A DNA stretch of 64,000 nucleotides from a virus (lineage: Duplodnaviria > Caudoviricetes), in the IMG/VR virus record IMGVR_UViG_3300025470_000019, positions 15,102 through 79,101 of that record. One strand, given 5' to 3'. How positions within the stretch are numbered: the first letter of the stretch is position 1; each line of letters begins with the position of its first letter. Position numbers and translations under genes: made by a program. Shown here piece by piece: positions 44,510 through 54,472 of the stretch. The notes beneath the pieces were generated by a model. That model was not told the origin of the DNA. It was given only the letters and a program-made list of their open reading frames with translations, and did no database searches.

Positions 44510-46579
44510 ATGAGTCTGAATAACACGATCAATTTTACCCTTCGTAGGAATTTGTGGATTATCACGAATGATGCTGCGAGTGGTCGTTTCTATACCTTTG
44601 CAGCTAAGGCAAGTGCATGGCCAGATGATACACAGCCACCTAGCCTTGACAACTCTGTGGGACTCAACGACTACCAGATCAATAATGAAATTCTTTTTGG
44701 GAAATATGTCGATCCAGTAAGTGGTGTTAAGAGCCTAGCCAAAAGAGCTGACTGGACTTCAGGTACTGTCTATGCACAGTATGATGATCAGGATCCTCTT
44801 CTATTCGACAAGAACTTCTTTGTAGTTGCACCTGAAGGTGGCTCTTACCATGTATTCAAGTGTCTCTCAAATAATAACGGTGCGCCATCAACTTTCCAAC
44901 CAAGATTTTCTGAGACGGCTGCTGATGACGTTTTCTATGCCACGGCGGATGGCTATCAGTGGAAATATCTCTATACCATTGACAGCACAGATTTTACGAA
45001 CTTCTCCACGACAGATTATATTCCGGTCATTGCCAATACTTCGGTAACAGCGAATGCTGTTCCTGGTGCACTTGAGACCTTCATTATCACTTCTCCTGGT
45101 GGTAACTATAACTCATTCACCAATGGTTACTTCACCGATACTGCTATTGGTGGTAATACTTTGTATTATGGACTTCAGGGACCAGATACGACTATTCTTG
45201 TCACATCGTCGGCGAATGCGTTTAACGTTGGTGAGTTGATCTCTCAGTCGACCTATGGTGGTTCAGGCGTCCTTGCCACACAAACTCTGGCAGCGAATGG
45301 TTCAGCTCGAATCCTTACTCTTCGTAACGTTCAGAATTACTTCAGTCCCACAGGTGCAGCTCTTACTGGTAACGTTTCTACCAACACTGCTTCGGTTACA
45401 GACGTTTCTTCTGCTCAGATTTCATCGAATGCGAATTTCTATAGTGGCTCTTCTCTGTATATCTCGTCAGGTACTGGTGCAGGGCAGATTGCTACTATTG
45501 ACCAGTATTATGTCACTGGTAATGCAAGACGTGTTCTTCTTAATACTCCATTTGGTACGACTCCTGATCTTACCTCGAAATATGTGATTACACCTCGTGT
45601 TTATATCACTGGAGATGGCACAGGAGCTTCTGCTATTGCCACTGTTGATCAGGCATCAAGAACTATTACTCAAATTCAGGTAATCAATCGCGGGTCAGGA
45701 TATACCTATGCCAACGTGTTTATCTATGGTAACACAGGATCGACATCGCTTGCTTCTAATAATGCTGTAGTTCGTGCAATTATTCCTCCTCGTGGTGGTC
45801 ATGGTGCTGATCTTGGTTCAGAACTGAGCGCGACGACTCTTGGCTTCTCGACTACCTTTAATAACACTGAGAGTGGTCTTATTCCTGGAGCTGGTACGAA
45901 ATATCGTCGAGTTGGTATTATTGTTGATCCAAAGTGGGCAAACGTTGCACTGACCTATAGCTATAGCAGTGTTCCAACCTTCCCAGTTGCAGCCAATACA
46001 CTGGTTCGTGGCTCGGTGTCTAATGCCTATGGATATGTGATTTCGACTTCAGGTGGTACGAATACCGTCACACTGTCCAATGTCTCTGGTGTTTTCTCGA
46101 CCAGCGATGTTCTTACAGCGACATATTCAAACGGAGCGACTGCTGTTGCTGCTTCGGCGAATGTTGTGGTGCTTTCTTCTACAGGTCAGGGTAATGCCTT
46201 TGATCAGAGAACTCTTCTGATTTGCCCAGCGTCAACTCTTTCAGGTACTCTGTTTAGTGCAGGTGAAAAGGTTGTTCAGACTGACCTTGTTATTGATGGT
46301 GCTTTTGGTGTTGTCGAGTCAGTTTCTCTTATTAGCGGAAACTACTATATTTACATTACAGAATCAAAAAATACATGGCAGTCGTCAGACCTTCCGTCAT
46401 CTTCTTATAAATACATATATGATGACGCAACAAGACAAAGAAGACTTCGTGTGGATACTGTAAATCCTCCAAAGATGGTACCATATACTGGTGACATTCT
46501 ATATACAGAGAATATCCAACCGATCACTAGAAGCGGCACTCAGTCGGAAACAGTTAAACTTATACTTGGGTTCAGTTAA
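44510..46579 (+). CDS. gp8: Baseplate wedge subunit gp8
   Basis: W.SGTVY..YDD, V.KC..N....ST, DGY.WKYLY, GD.LY.EN..PI.R...Q.E..K.I..F. Confidence 0.85.
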   Translation: MSLNNTINFTLRRNLWIITNDAASGRFYTFAAKASAWPDDTQPPSLDNSVGLNDYQINNEILFGKYVDPVSGVKSLAKRADWTSGTVYAQYDDQDPLLFDKNFFVVAPEGGSYHVFKCLSNNNGAPSTFQPRFSETAADDVFYATADGYQWKYLYTIDSTDFTNFSTTDYIPVIANTSVTANAVPGALETFIITSPGGNYNSFTNGYFTDTAIGGNTLYYGLQGPDTTILVTSSANAFNVGELISQSTYGGSGVLATQTLAANGSARILTLRNVQNYFSPTGAALTGNVSTNTASVTDVSSAQISSNANFYSGSSLYISSGTGAGQIATIDQYYVTGNARRVLLNTPFGTTPDLTSKYVITPRVYITGDGTGASAIATVDQASRTITQIQVINRGSGYTYANVFIYGNTGSTSLASNNAVVRAIIPPRGGHGADLGSELSATTLGFSTTFNNTESGLIPGAGTKYRRVGIIVDPKWANVALTYSYSSVPTFPVAANTLVRGSVSNAYGYVISTSGGTNTVTLSNVSGVFSTSDVLTATYSNGATAVAASANVVVLSSTGQGNAFDQRTLLICPASTLSGTLFSAGEKVVQTDLVIDGAFGVVESVSLISGNYYIYITESKNTWQSSDLPSSSYKYIYDDATRQRRLRVDTVNPPKMVPYTGDILYTENIQPITRSGTQSETVKLILGFS

Positions 46580-46588
46580 GGAATAAAA

Positions 46589-49500
46589 ATGGGAATCGAA
46601 ACTGATCTAAACGTATCGCCTTATTATGACGATGCAAATAATGCTATTAATGAAAATTATCATCGGATCCTTTTCCGACCATCAGTTGCAGTGCAGGCTC
46701 GTGAGCTAACTCAACTTCAGGATATCCTACAGAACCAGATTGAGCGTTTTGGCGATAATATTTTCGTTTCAGGTACGATCCTCAAAGGATGCAACTTTAA
46801 CTTCGATACCCAGTATAACTACGTTAACATCCTAGACAATAGACCTATTGACACAATTCCTGTCACCGCATCAAGCTATGTCAATCTTGTTGGTTATGAA
46901 TCAACTTCTAATCTCTATGCTATCTGCGTCAATTATCAGGATGGCTATGAGTCTCAGGCTCCCAACCTCAAGACTCTATACTTCAAGTATCTAAACACTG
47001 GTGTTGCTGGTCAGAGTGCGTTTTCTCCAGGAAGCCAAATTAAGTTCTATTCGACAACTGAAATTGCTGGGGCGAATGCTTCAACGCTAGTGGCAAATGG
47101 CGACGTTACTGTTGCTTCTGTTTCTAATGCTGTCGGCATCGGCTATGCTATGTCTGTTTCTTCTGGTGTAATTTTCCAGAAGGGTCACTTTATTCAGGTA
47201 GCCAACAATTCGACTGCTATTGTGTCGAAATACACCAATGCACCGAACAATGCTGTCACTGGTTTCTATATTCAAGAGAATATCGTTACTGAGCTGAGCG
47301 ACACGAATCTCTACGATCCAGCTTCAGGTTCAACAAACTTCAATGCTCCTGGCGCTCATCGCCTTCAGCTTACTCCAGTTCTTACCACATATCCAGCTGA
47401 TTCGGCTCCGTCGAATAACTTCCTGGCTCTGGTTGAGTGGGAAAATGGAAATATCGTTCGTTCGTTCCAACAGACTCAATACAGCGGTCTGGGTAACGAA
47501 CTTGCTCGCCGTACCAAAGAAGAATCAGGCGATTACTTCATTAAGCCATTCAAACTCCATATGGAGAATGTGAACACGACTCACAACTATATCGTGTCGT
47601 CGGCTGGTCTGGCTTATATTGACGGTCACCGTGTCGAGCAACTCAGCAATATCAAGACAAATGTCCGCAAGGGTACCGACGTCAAGAACGTCAAGAATCA
47701 AATCCTCAACACCTCATACGATAACTCTATCGTTGTTAAGGAATATGTTGGTAACATTCCATCGAACGTTGGTGCTACTATTTCTCTCACTGACTCGGCT
47801 GGCGCAAAGGTAACTGCTGGTGGTGGTTCTATTACCGTTTCTGGTAACGTAATCGGTACAGCCAAGGTTCTTTCGGTTCAATTTGATTCTGGTATTGTCG
47901 GAACTCCAACTGCTCAATATCGTATCTACCTTTCAGATGTCCGTATGAATTCGGGCAACAACTTTAAAGACTCTAAGGGTGTATACTACAGCGGATCGGC
48001 TAAGGGATTTGCTGATGTTATCACAGCTCTAGACAAAACCACAAACACCCAGATTGTTGAGCTGTCTCAGCCTTCAAAGGGTCCTCTGATTTTCAAGACA
48101 GCAAAGAGCGGTCTTCAAAATCTAAACAGTGCTGGTGTTCTTCCTGACTACACCTATAGTACTGTTTCAAACGTTGCATTCAACACTACTGCTGCTGGTA
48201 ATACTAACTCTATTACTCTAAGCGGTTCAACCATTTTCCCATATGGATATGGCGCTCTAAGCACGGATCAAGAAAGATCTATCGTTGTAACTCCGATCTC
48301 GTTTGTCAGCGGTGCTAATAGCGCAAACGTCACTCTGACAAAGAGCGGCACTATTCAGTACTTCTCATCCAATGCTGTTGTGAACGGCACTTCTACTGCG
48401 TTTACTTCTGAATATCAGGTTGGCGACTTTATCTGCATTGACACTATCGTAAAGCAGATTACAGCCATCGGTAATAATACCTCAATGACTCTGAGCAATA
48501 CATTTGCTACAGCAAATAGCGGTGCGCACCACCATAAGTGCTACCAGCTGAATGTTCCTATTAACTTTGCTGAACGTCAATCTTCGATGACAGTTACTGA
48601 CGCTGCTCAGCAAAACATGGTAATGTCTCTTATTGCAGCAAATGGTTCATATGAAGTTCTGACTACAAACGCTGTATTCTCGGTTTATCATAATGCATTG
48701 ATTCCAACTGATGCTGATAAGGGTCTTCAGGCAAACACTGTTACGGTAAGAATTAACGTCGGCAATAATGCTGCGAATTCTCCTTATGGTCCATTCTGCC
48801 TTGGTATTCCTTACGCTTATAATCTTCGCAGTGTTTATAGCTCTTCTAATTCGTTCAGCTTCCAAGCAAACACTACTGCATCAAGCAACCAAATTGCAAC
48901 TGATACAACAGCCCATAGCTTTGTTGTCGGTGGCGTAATCAGCGGTGCATGGTCAAATGCTTTCCCAACCACTGCTACAGTGACTGCTGTTGGCGCAAAC
49001 ACTGTTAACGTCGACACTGCAGCATCTAGCACTCTAGCAAACACTCAAATGCTTCTAAGCTATTATGCAACAGGAAGCACTGATGGTATTGATGTCACTT
49101 CTCAGTATACGATCGATACTAACCAGAAAGATGGTATTATTGATCTGTCATATCTAAAACTGAAGCAAACTCCATATGGTTGGGGAACTCGTGCTGGCGG
49201 TAGCGATCTTCTGACAGTTACGTTTGATGCTATGATGCCAACAAATACTGGTAAGGGTTACATTTCGGTTGACTCATACTATTCTCTGGTTTCTGCCGGA
49301 ACTATTAACTGGGAAGATATCCCATCATATACTTCTCCTGCAGGCACAACTTATGAGCTAAGAGATTCTATCGACTTCCGTCCGTTTGTATCAAACACGG
49401 CTGCATATACCAGCACTCTTGCTAGCACAACGGTAAATCCTTCTAATACTTCAGCATTGCCTGCAAGCGAAAATTACATTGTTGCTCCAAATCAAACGTT

Positions 49501-51226
49501 CAAGTATAATCTAAACTACTATGTCGGTCGTATTGACAAACTGCTGATCAATACTTACGGTGCATATTCTGTAATCGAAGGTTCTCCTTCAGAAACACCA
49601 GCAGCGCCAGCTGATAAACTTGGCTCAATGACTCTGGCGACAATCAATGTTCCGCCTCTGCCATCTTTAGCCAATACAACCAATGTATCAAACACTGCTC
49701 AGAAATATCTTGTAACTTTTGTTGGCGCTAACCAAAATCGTGGTTATACCATGAAAGATATTGGTAAACTTGACCAGCGTCTGAATCAAGTTGAGTATTA
49801 TACAGCACTTAACCTGCTAGAGCAAAAGACTAGCCAGCTGACAGTTGTTTCGTCAGTTACTGGTGCAAATCGCTTTAAGAATGGTATTTTTGTTGACGGA
49901 TTTGATAATCTGGATAGCACTGACTATACCAACCCAGAATTCCGTGCAGCTATTTCTTCTAGCGAATCTGCTATTGTTCCAATGTATACGCAAGACAGAA
50001 TTGCTCTGCGTTTTGCGAACTCAACGAATGGAGCTGTTCAAGGCAGATATATCACTCTGGCTAACACCACTCCAACAGTAGCATTGAGTCAGAAATTTGC
50101 GACAACAACTCATACTTGCACAGATATAACTTATAGCTATACAGGTCAAGCTGTTGCTGTTGTCAATTATGTTGACACTCCAGACACTGACACTAAGAAG
50201 CCAGCAGCAAACACAACTCTGCCAGCTAATACGACATATACTGCAAACGTAACTCCTCCAGTGCAGCCAACTCCTGATCCTGTTCCGCCGCTATATTCAT
50301 ACGGTCAGCTGGTGGTAGACATCTATCAGCACTCTACAGGAACTCGTCTATTCCACGGATATAGCGGAACTGGTGCTGCTCCTGGTGGCTTTGTTCAAAT
50401 TCCAAACATGAGCGAATCAGCTGCTGCTTCTCTGATCAGCAGATATTTCAATCTGACCACTGCTGTTCCTACATATCCATCAATACTTGGTCTTGGTGTC
50501 CTTGGCGGCATTTTCGGGTCCGGCACCACTACTACAGCTACTACTCAGGTAAGCTATACAATTGCTGGTGCTTTTGATATGCATCAGTATGGATTCTTTA
50601 TTCCAACTTACACTGGAACTCATACGTTTACAAGTTTCCACGATGATGCTTGGTGTCTGTGGGTCAATGGATCTATTCTGGCTAACCAGTCAGGCGACTT
50701 TTCTTATGCTTCTACTACTTCTAGCGGAATTTATCTCGAAAAGGGCAGAATGTATCCATTCTGGTCTACTCTGTATGCTAACGGTCGTGGAACAACAGCA
50801 TGGACATTAACTTACACTGTTAACGGACTAACGTATACTCCTGATTCATCAAACTTTGCTCGTTCAAATGATGCGAATTATGTATACTCTCAGTATAATA
50901 GCTTGGCTGCTGCCGATAATGCTGCGAATACAGCAACAATCAATTATGACGTTGGTTTGTATGGATATAATATTTGGACTGGAGGAGTTTATAGCTATTC
51001 AGCAATTCCTTCTCTAAATCCAACGATTACGACAACATCCCCATACACAGCCAATGCCCCAACTACTGTTTCTACAATTAACTTGAATGGTGCTATGTAT
51101 AGTGTGCCACTTAGCATTAATACTGCTGCAATATCAGCCGCTTCTCCGGTTACTGCTTCAGCGTATAATGTAGTTCCTATTGTAAAGGATATTGCCATTG
51201 CTGGTGGGGGTAAAATATTATGGTAA
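46589..51226 (+). CDS. VrlC/DUF4815-type large structural protein, N-terminal part, with a PA14-like domain
   Basis: TDLNVSPYYDD, RILFRP..AVQARELTQLQ.ILQNQ.ERFG, NRFKNGIFVD.F. Confidence 0.8.
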   Translation: MGIETDLNVSPYYDDANNAINENYHRILFRPSVAVQARELTQLQDILQNQIERFGDNIFVSGTILKGCNFNFDTQYNYVNILDNRPIDTIPVTASSYVNLVGYESTSNLYAICVNYQDGYESQAPNLKTLYFKYLNTGVAGQSAFSPGSQIKFYSTTEIAGANASTLVANGDVTVASVSNAVGIGYAMSVSSGVIFQKGHFIQVANNSTAIVSKYTNAPNNAVTGFYIQENIVTELSDTNLYDPASGSTNFNAPGAHRLQLTPVLTTYPADSAPSNNFLALVEWENGNIVRSFQQTQYSGLGNELARRTKEESGDYFIKPFKLHMENVNTTHNYIVSSAGLAYIDGHRVEQLSNIKTNVRKGTDVKNVKNQILNTSYDNSIVVKEYVGNIPSNVGATISLTDSAGAKVTAGGGSITVSGNVIGTAKVLSVQFDSGIVGTPTAQYRIYLSDVRMNSGNNFKDSKGVYYSGSAKGFADVITALDKTTNTQIVELSQPSKGPLIFKTAKSGLQNLNSAGVLPDYTYSTVSNVAFNTTAAGNTNSITLSGSTIFPYGYGALSTDQERSIVVTPISFVSGANSANVTLTKSGTIQYFSSNAVVNGTSTAFTSEYQVGDFICIDTIVKQITAIGNNTSMTLSNTFATANSGAHHHKCYQLNVPINFAERQSSMTVTDAAQQNMVMSLIAANGSYEVLTTNAVFSVYHNALIPTDADKGLQANTVTVRINVGNNAANSPYGPFCLGIPYAYNLRSVYSSSNSFSFQANTTASSNQIATDTTAHSFVVGGVISGAWSNAFPTTATVTAVGANTVNVDTAASSTLANTQMLLSYYATGSTDGIDVTSQYTIDTNQKDGIIDLSYLKLKQTPYGWGTRAGGSDLLTVTFDAMMPTNTGKGYISVDSYYSLVSAGTINWEDIPSYTSPAGTTYELRDSIDFRPFVSNTAAYTSTLASTTVNPSNTSALPASENYIVAPNQTFKYNLNYYVGRIDKLLINTYGAYSVIEGSPSETPAAPADKLGSMTLATINVPPLPSLANTTNVSNTAQKYLVTFVGANQNRGYTMKDIGKLDQRLNQVEYYTALNLLEQKTSQLTVVSSVTGANRFKNGIFVDGFDNLDSTDYTNPEFRAAISSSESAIVPMYTQDRIALRFANSTNGAVQGRYITLANTTPTVALSQKFATTTHTCTDITYSYTGQAVAVVNYVDTPDTDTKKPAANTTLPANTTYTANVTPPVQPTPDPVPPLYSYGQLVVDIYQHSTGTRLFHGYSGTGAAPGGFVQIPNMSESAAASLISRYFNLTTAVPTYPSILGLGVLGGIFGSGTTTTATTQVSYTIAGAFDMHQYGFFIPTYTGTHTFTSFHDDAWCLWVNGSILANQSGDFSYASTTSSGIYLEKGRMYPFWSTLYANGRGTTAWTLTYTVNGLTYTPDSSNFARSNDANYVYSQYNSLAAADNAANTATINYDVGLYGYNIWTGGVYSYSAIPSLNPTITTTSPYTANAPTTVSTINLNGAMYSVPLSINTAAISAASPVTASAYNVVPIVKDIAIAGGGKILW

Positions 51227-51279
51227 GTAATATTACAGATAGTCTTAACGTTAAATTAGTATAATAAGGAAATTACCTA

Positions 51280-54273
51280 ATGGCACTCACATATGTTCCT
51301 GATTCTACTGGAGCTGCTGCAGACGGAAACCAACCAACGGTTGATATTGTAGGTCAGTATGCTGACTCTACTCAAACCAACAAATATCTATTGGATAGAT
51401 ATATTCCTGAAATGGTAATTCCGATTATTGTGAATGGATTGAGACCAAATACTAGAGTTAGCGTTTTCTGCGAAAAGACGAACGTAACACATTTCTGCGC
51501 TCCAGCCAATTATGACAAATCTATCTTGAGTCCAAAAGTTACTGACTTCTATGCTCAAGGTGCTGCTGGTACTGCCATATTTACTGATGCCTTTGGCTCG
51601 GTCGTACATCTGTTTTATGTTCCTGCAAAAACTTTCAGACTGACAACTCAAGATCTGACTATTGTTGATTGGACAAACGCACAAGACGATTATGACACAA
51701 AGATGAGCAATAAGACAATGGTTGCTCGCACCAAAGTTAATGCATTCAATCATGATAGCACTGACTATACTGATCCTGCTGTAATTTCAACAACACCTTC
51801 AAGAAACACATCAAACGGAACCACTACAACTGCTGGTTCAGGAACTGCAACTTTTGCTGATCCTAATAATCCACGTTTTGATCCTATGTGTCAATCGTTC
51901 TACATTGGCTCGGATCTGACGCAGGGTGCTGATGGTATGTATCTTAAGTCGGTTGATCTATATTTCTCAGCAAAGTCAAACACGCAGCCTGTCACTATTG
52001 ACATTAGAACTATGGAAAATGGTATTCCTACAACAAAGGTTATCCCAAACTCTGTAGTCACGCTTCCTTCTTCTAATGTAACTACTTCAAACACTGCAGC
52101 TTCGGCAACGACTTTTGTTTTCGAAACACCAATTTATGTCCGTGCTGGATACGAATATGCTATGTCAGTTATTCCTGGTGGCGGTTCTCCTGACTATTCA
52201 GTTTGGACTGCTAAGGTGGGAACTGCTGATATTGCTAATGGCTCAACTGTTCCTATTTGGGGACAAGGAATCCTATTCACCTCAGCTACAGGAACTACTT
52301 GGACTCCAATTCAAAACGAATCTCTGAAGTTTACTGTTAATCGTGCAGATTTTGCGAATTATGCTTCTGGCGCGAATACAGTTCTGGTTAACGATGACCT
52401 TGAGTTTATTTCCTATGCTGACATGTCTACCATTCCTTTCAAGGTCGGCGAATATGTCTATCAACAGCCAAGCCCACTTCCAGGATTTGTTTCGGTAACT
52501 TCTACTAATGCTGTGGTCACATATAATACTACTGCTTCCGGTAGCTTGTTCGCTAACCTGTATAACGAATTTGCTGTAAACGATCATATTCTTGTTGTTG
52601 GCTCTCTTCCAACTTCATCAGACACTTATCGTAGATTTAACCACAACATTTTCGCTAATGCTGTCACATTGAAGGTTTCTTCAATTGAACAGACAAACAA
52701 TAACATCGTTTTCTCTTATGCAAACGGTTCTCCTGCGAATACGACTACCGGAACTCCTTGGACGAACACAGCTTGTTATTTCTTTAAGCCATACAAGGGT
52801 CACGTTCAGATTCAATCAGGCAATCCCGTCGTTGTTGGAACAGGGACTCGATTTGACCAAGACGTAAACACTCTTACTGGGGATGATGATGTCCGTCGTC
52901 CAGTAATTATTCGTCACGGCAACAGCACTGTTGTTGGCCACCATGTTCTGCACCCAAACAATGTGTCAAATTCGACATATATGACTGTGCGCAATCCACC
53001 AACGCTATCAAACACCCAAGCGTTCCCAATTGGTGCTCCAACAGCTCGCGTCGTTTCTGTTGACTTTGATAGACAGATTATCACTCTTGATCGTTCTACT
53101 GCAAATGCACAAAGCAGCACTACTGCTTGGATCAATGCTTATGCAAGCCCAAGCTATTTTGCTCCTGGTCGTGTTCTTATTGGCAGTGAATCAAATGCTA
53201 CTGCGATCATTAGATCAATCAATGATATTGTGATTCATTCTGCTCAGCCAAACTTTTATCAAACAACGGTTCAGGGAACTGATATTACGTATTCTATTAA
53301 TGCTACTGCAAAAGCTGTAGACGGCAATGGTAACATTACATACGCAAATACAACTTTCCCTTCTCTGCCAATTTCTCAGACTACATACTTCAACACTGAC
53401 GTTGTTGTTTCTTCTAAGTCAAATGAAATTATCAATAACGGTGGTGCGAAGTCTCTGAGAGTTTATGCGAATATGTCATCGACATCTTCTCTTCTCTCTC
53501 CTGCTGTTGATAGAAACCACATCAGCCTAATCGCAAAAAGAAATATCATTAGCGATTTCGCTGCTGGTGAAACTACAAACCAAGGTACTGCTTTGGCTAA
53601 GACAGTTTCAAAGATCGTTACTCTTAGCGACGGCAATGACGCTGAAGACCTTAATGTATATCTGACTGCTTATAAACCAGCAGGAACTGATATTCAGGTT
53701 TATGCTAAAATTCTTAACGCGAACGATCCTGAAACGTTTACCAATAAAGCATGGTCGCCACTCCTTCAGGTTACTGATCCTAACCTCTTCTCTGATATCA
53801 CAAATCAGCAAGACTACAAGGAATTCCAGTATACGTTCCCACCAAATCCTGTAACCATTGATATGGCTGACGATCTTGTAACCACAAACAATACAACAGT
53901 CATTAAGTCAACCAACGGCAATACTGTTTGGCAGTCTGTGTTTACCAATAACCAGCTGATCGCTGTTTATTCGGATGTCTATAAAACGAACTTTGAAGTT
54001 AAGGCAATTGCTTCTGTCGATAGCAATACTCAGATTACTTTTTCGACAAACGTAACTCTGTCAAATACTTCTTCTGCGTTTATCAGTTCTCTGGTTTATC
54101 CAAATGCTGGTTATAAGAACTCAGGAAACAATAACGTTGTTAGATACTACAGCAACGATGGCGTTCCTCACGATACGTATAAGCAATATGCTATTAAAAT
54201 CGTAATGCTGTCGAATACTGGATATGTTGTGCCAAAAATTAACGATATGCGTACTATTGCTCTATCGGTGTAA
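51280..54273 (+). CDS. VrlC/DUF4815-type structural protein, C-terminal part
   Basis: GLRPNTRV, DP.CQSFY, SVDLYFS.K, Q.ESLKF.V.RA.F, YAIKIV, P.I.D.R.IAL. Confidence 0.75.
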   Translation: MALTYVPDSTGAAADGNQPTVDIVGQYADSTQTNKYLLDRYIPEMVIPIIVNGLRPNTRVSVFCEKTNVTHFCAPANYDKSILSPKVTDFYAQGAAGTAIFTDAFGSVVHLFYVPAKTFRLTTQDLTIVDWTNAQDDYDTKMSNKTMVARTKVNAFNHDSTDYTDPAVISTTPSRNTSNGTTTTAGSGTATFADPNNPRFDPMCQSFYIGSDLTQGADGMYLKSVDLYFSAKSNTQPVTIDIRTMENGIPTTKVIPNSVVTLPSSNVTTSNTAASATTFVFETPIYVRAGYEYAMSVIPGGGSPDYSVWTAKVGTADIANGSTVPIWGQGILFTSATGTTWTPIQNESLKFTVNRADFANYASGANTVLVNDDLEFISYADMSTIPFKVGEYVYQQPSPLPGFVSVTSTNAVVTYNTTASGSLFANLYNEFAVNDHILVVGSLPTSSDTYRRFNHNIFANAVTLKVSSIEQTNNNIVFSYANGSPANTTTGTPWTNTACYFFKPYKGHVQIQSGNPVVVGTGTRFDQDVNTLTGDDDVRRPVIIRHGNSTVVGHHVLHPNNVSNSTYMTVRNPPTLSNTQAFPIGAPTARVVSVDFDRQIITLDRSTANAQSSTTAWINAYASPSYFAPGRVLIGSESNATAIIRSINDIVIHSAQPNFYQTTVQGTDITYSINATAKAVDGNGNITYANTTFPSLPISQTTYFNTDVVVSSKSNEIINNGGAKSLRVYANMSSTSSLLSPAVDRNHISLIAKRNIISDFAAGETTNQGTALAKTVSKIVTLSDGNDAEDLNVYLTAYKPAGTDIQVYAKILNANDPETFTNKAWSPLLQVTDPNLFSDITNQQDYKEFQYTFPPNPVTIDMADDLVTTNNTTVIKSTNGNTVWQSVFTNNQLIAVYSDVYKTNFEVKAIASVDSNTQITFSTNVTLSNTSSAFISSLVYPNAGYKNSGNNNVVRYYSNDGVPHDTYKQYAIKIVMLSNTGYVVPKINDMRTIALSV

Positions 54274-54274
54274 T

Positions 54275-54472
54275 ATGAAACTTGTTCCCACAGATAATTC
54301 TAACTTTCTGCGTGATCTTTCTACTGGCGCACTAATAAATAGAAATATGGGAGAGCTTGAAGTCCTTAAAGCGCAGAGAGCAAAACTTACAAAACAAGAC
54401 AACGAAATAGAAATGCTGAAAATGCAAATTGAAGAACTAAAAAAGATTGTATCGGCTAGGAGCGATAGTTAA
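54275..54472 (+). CDS. Small coiled-coil protein
   Basis: RD.STGALIN.N followed by a coiled coil. Confidence 0.65.
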   Translation: MKLVPTDNSNFLRDLSTGALINRNMGELEVLKAQRAKLTKQDNEIEMLKMQIEELKKIVSARSDS

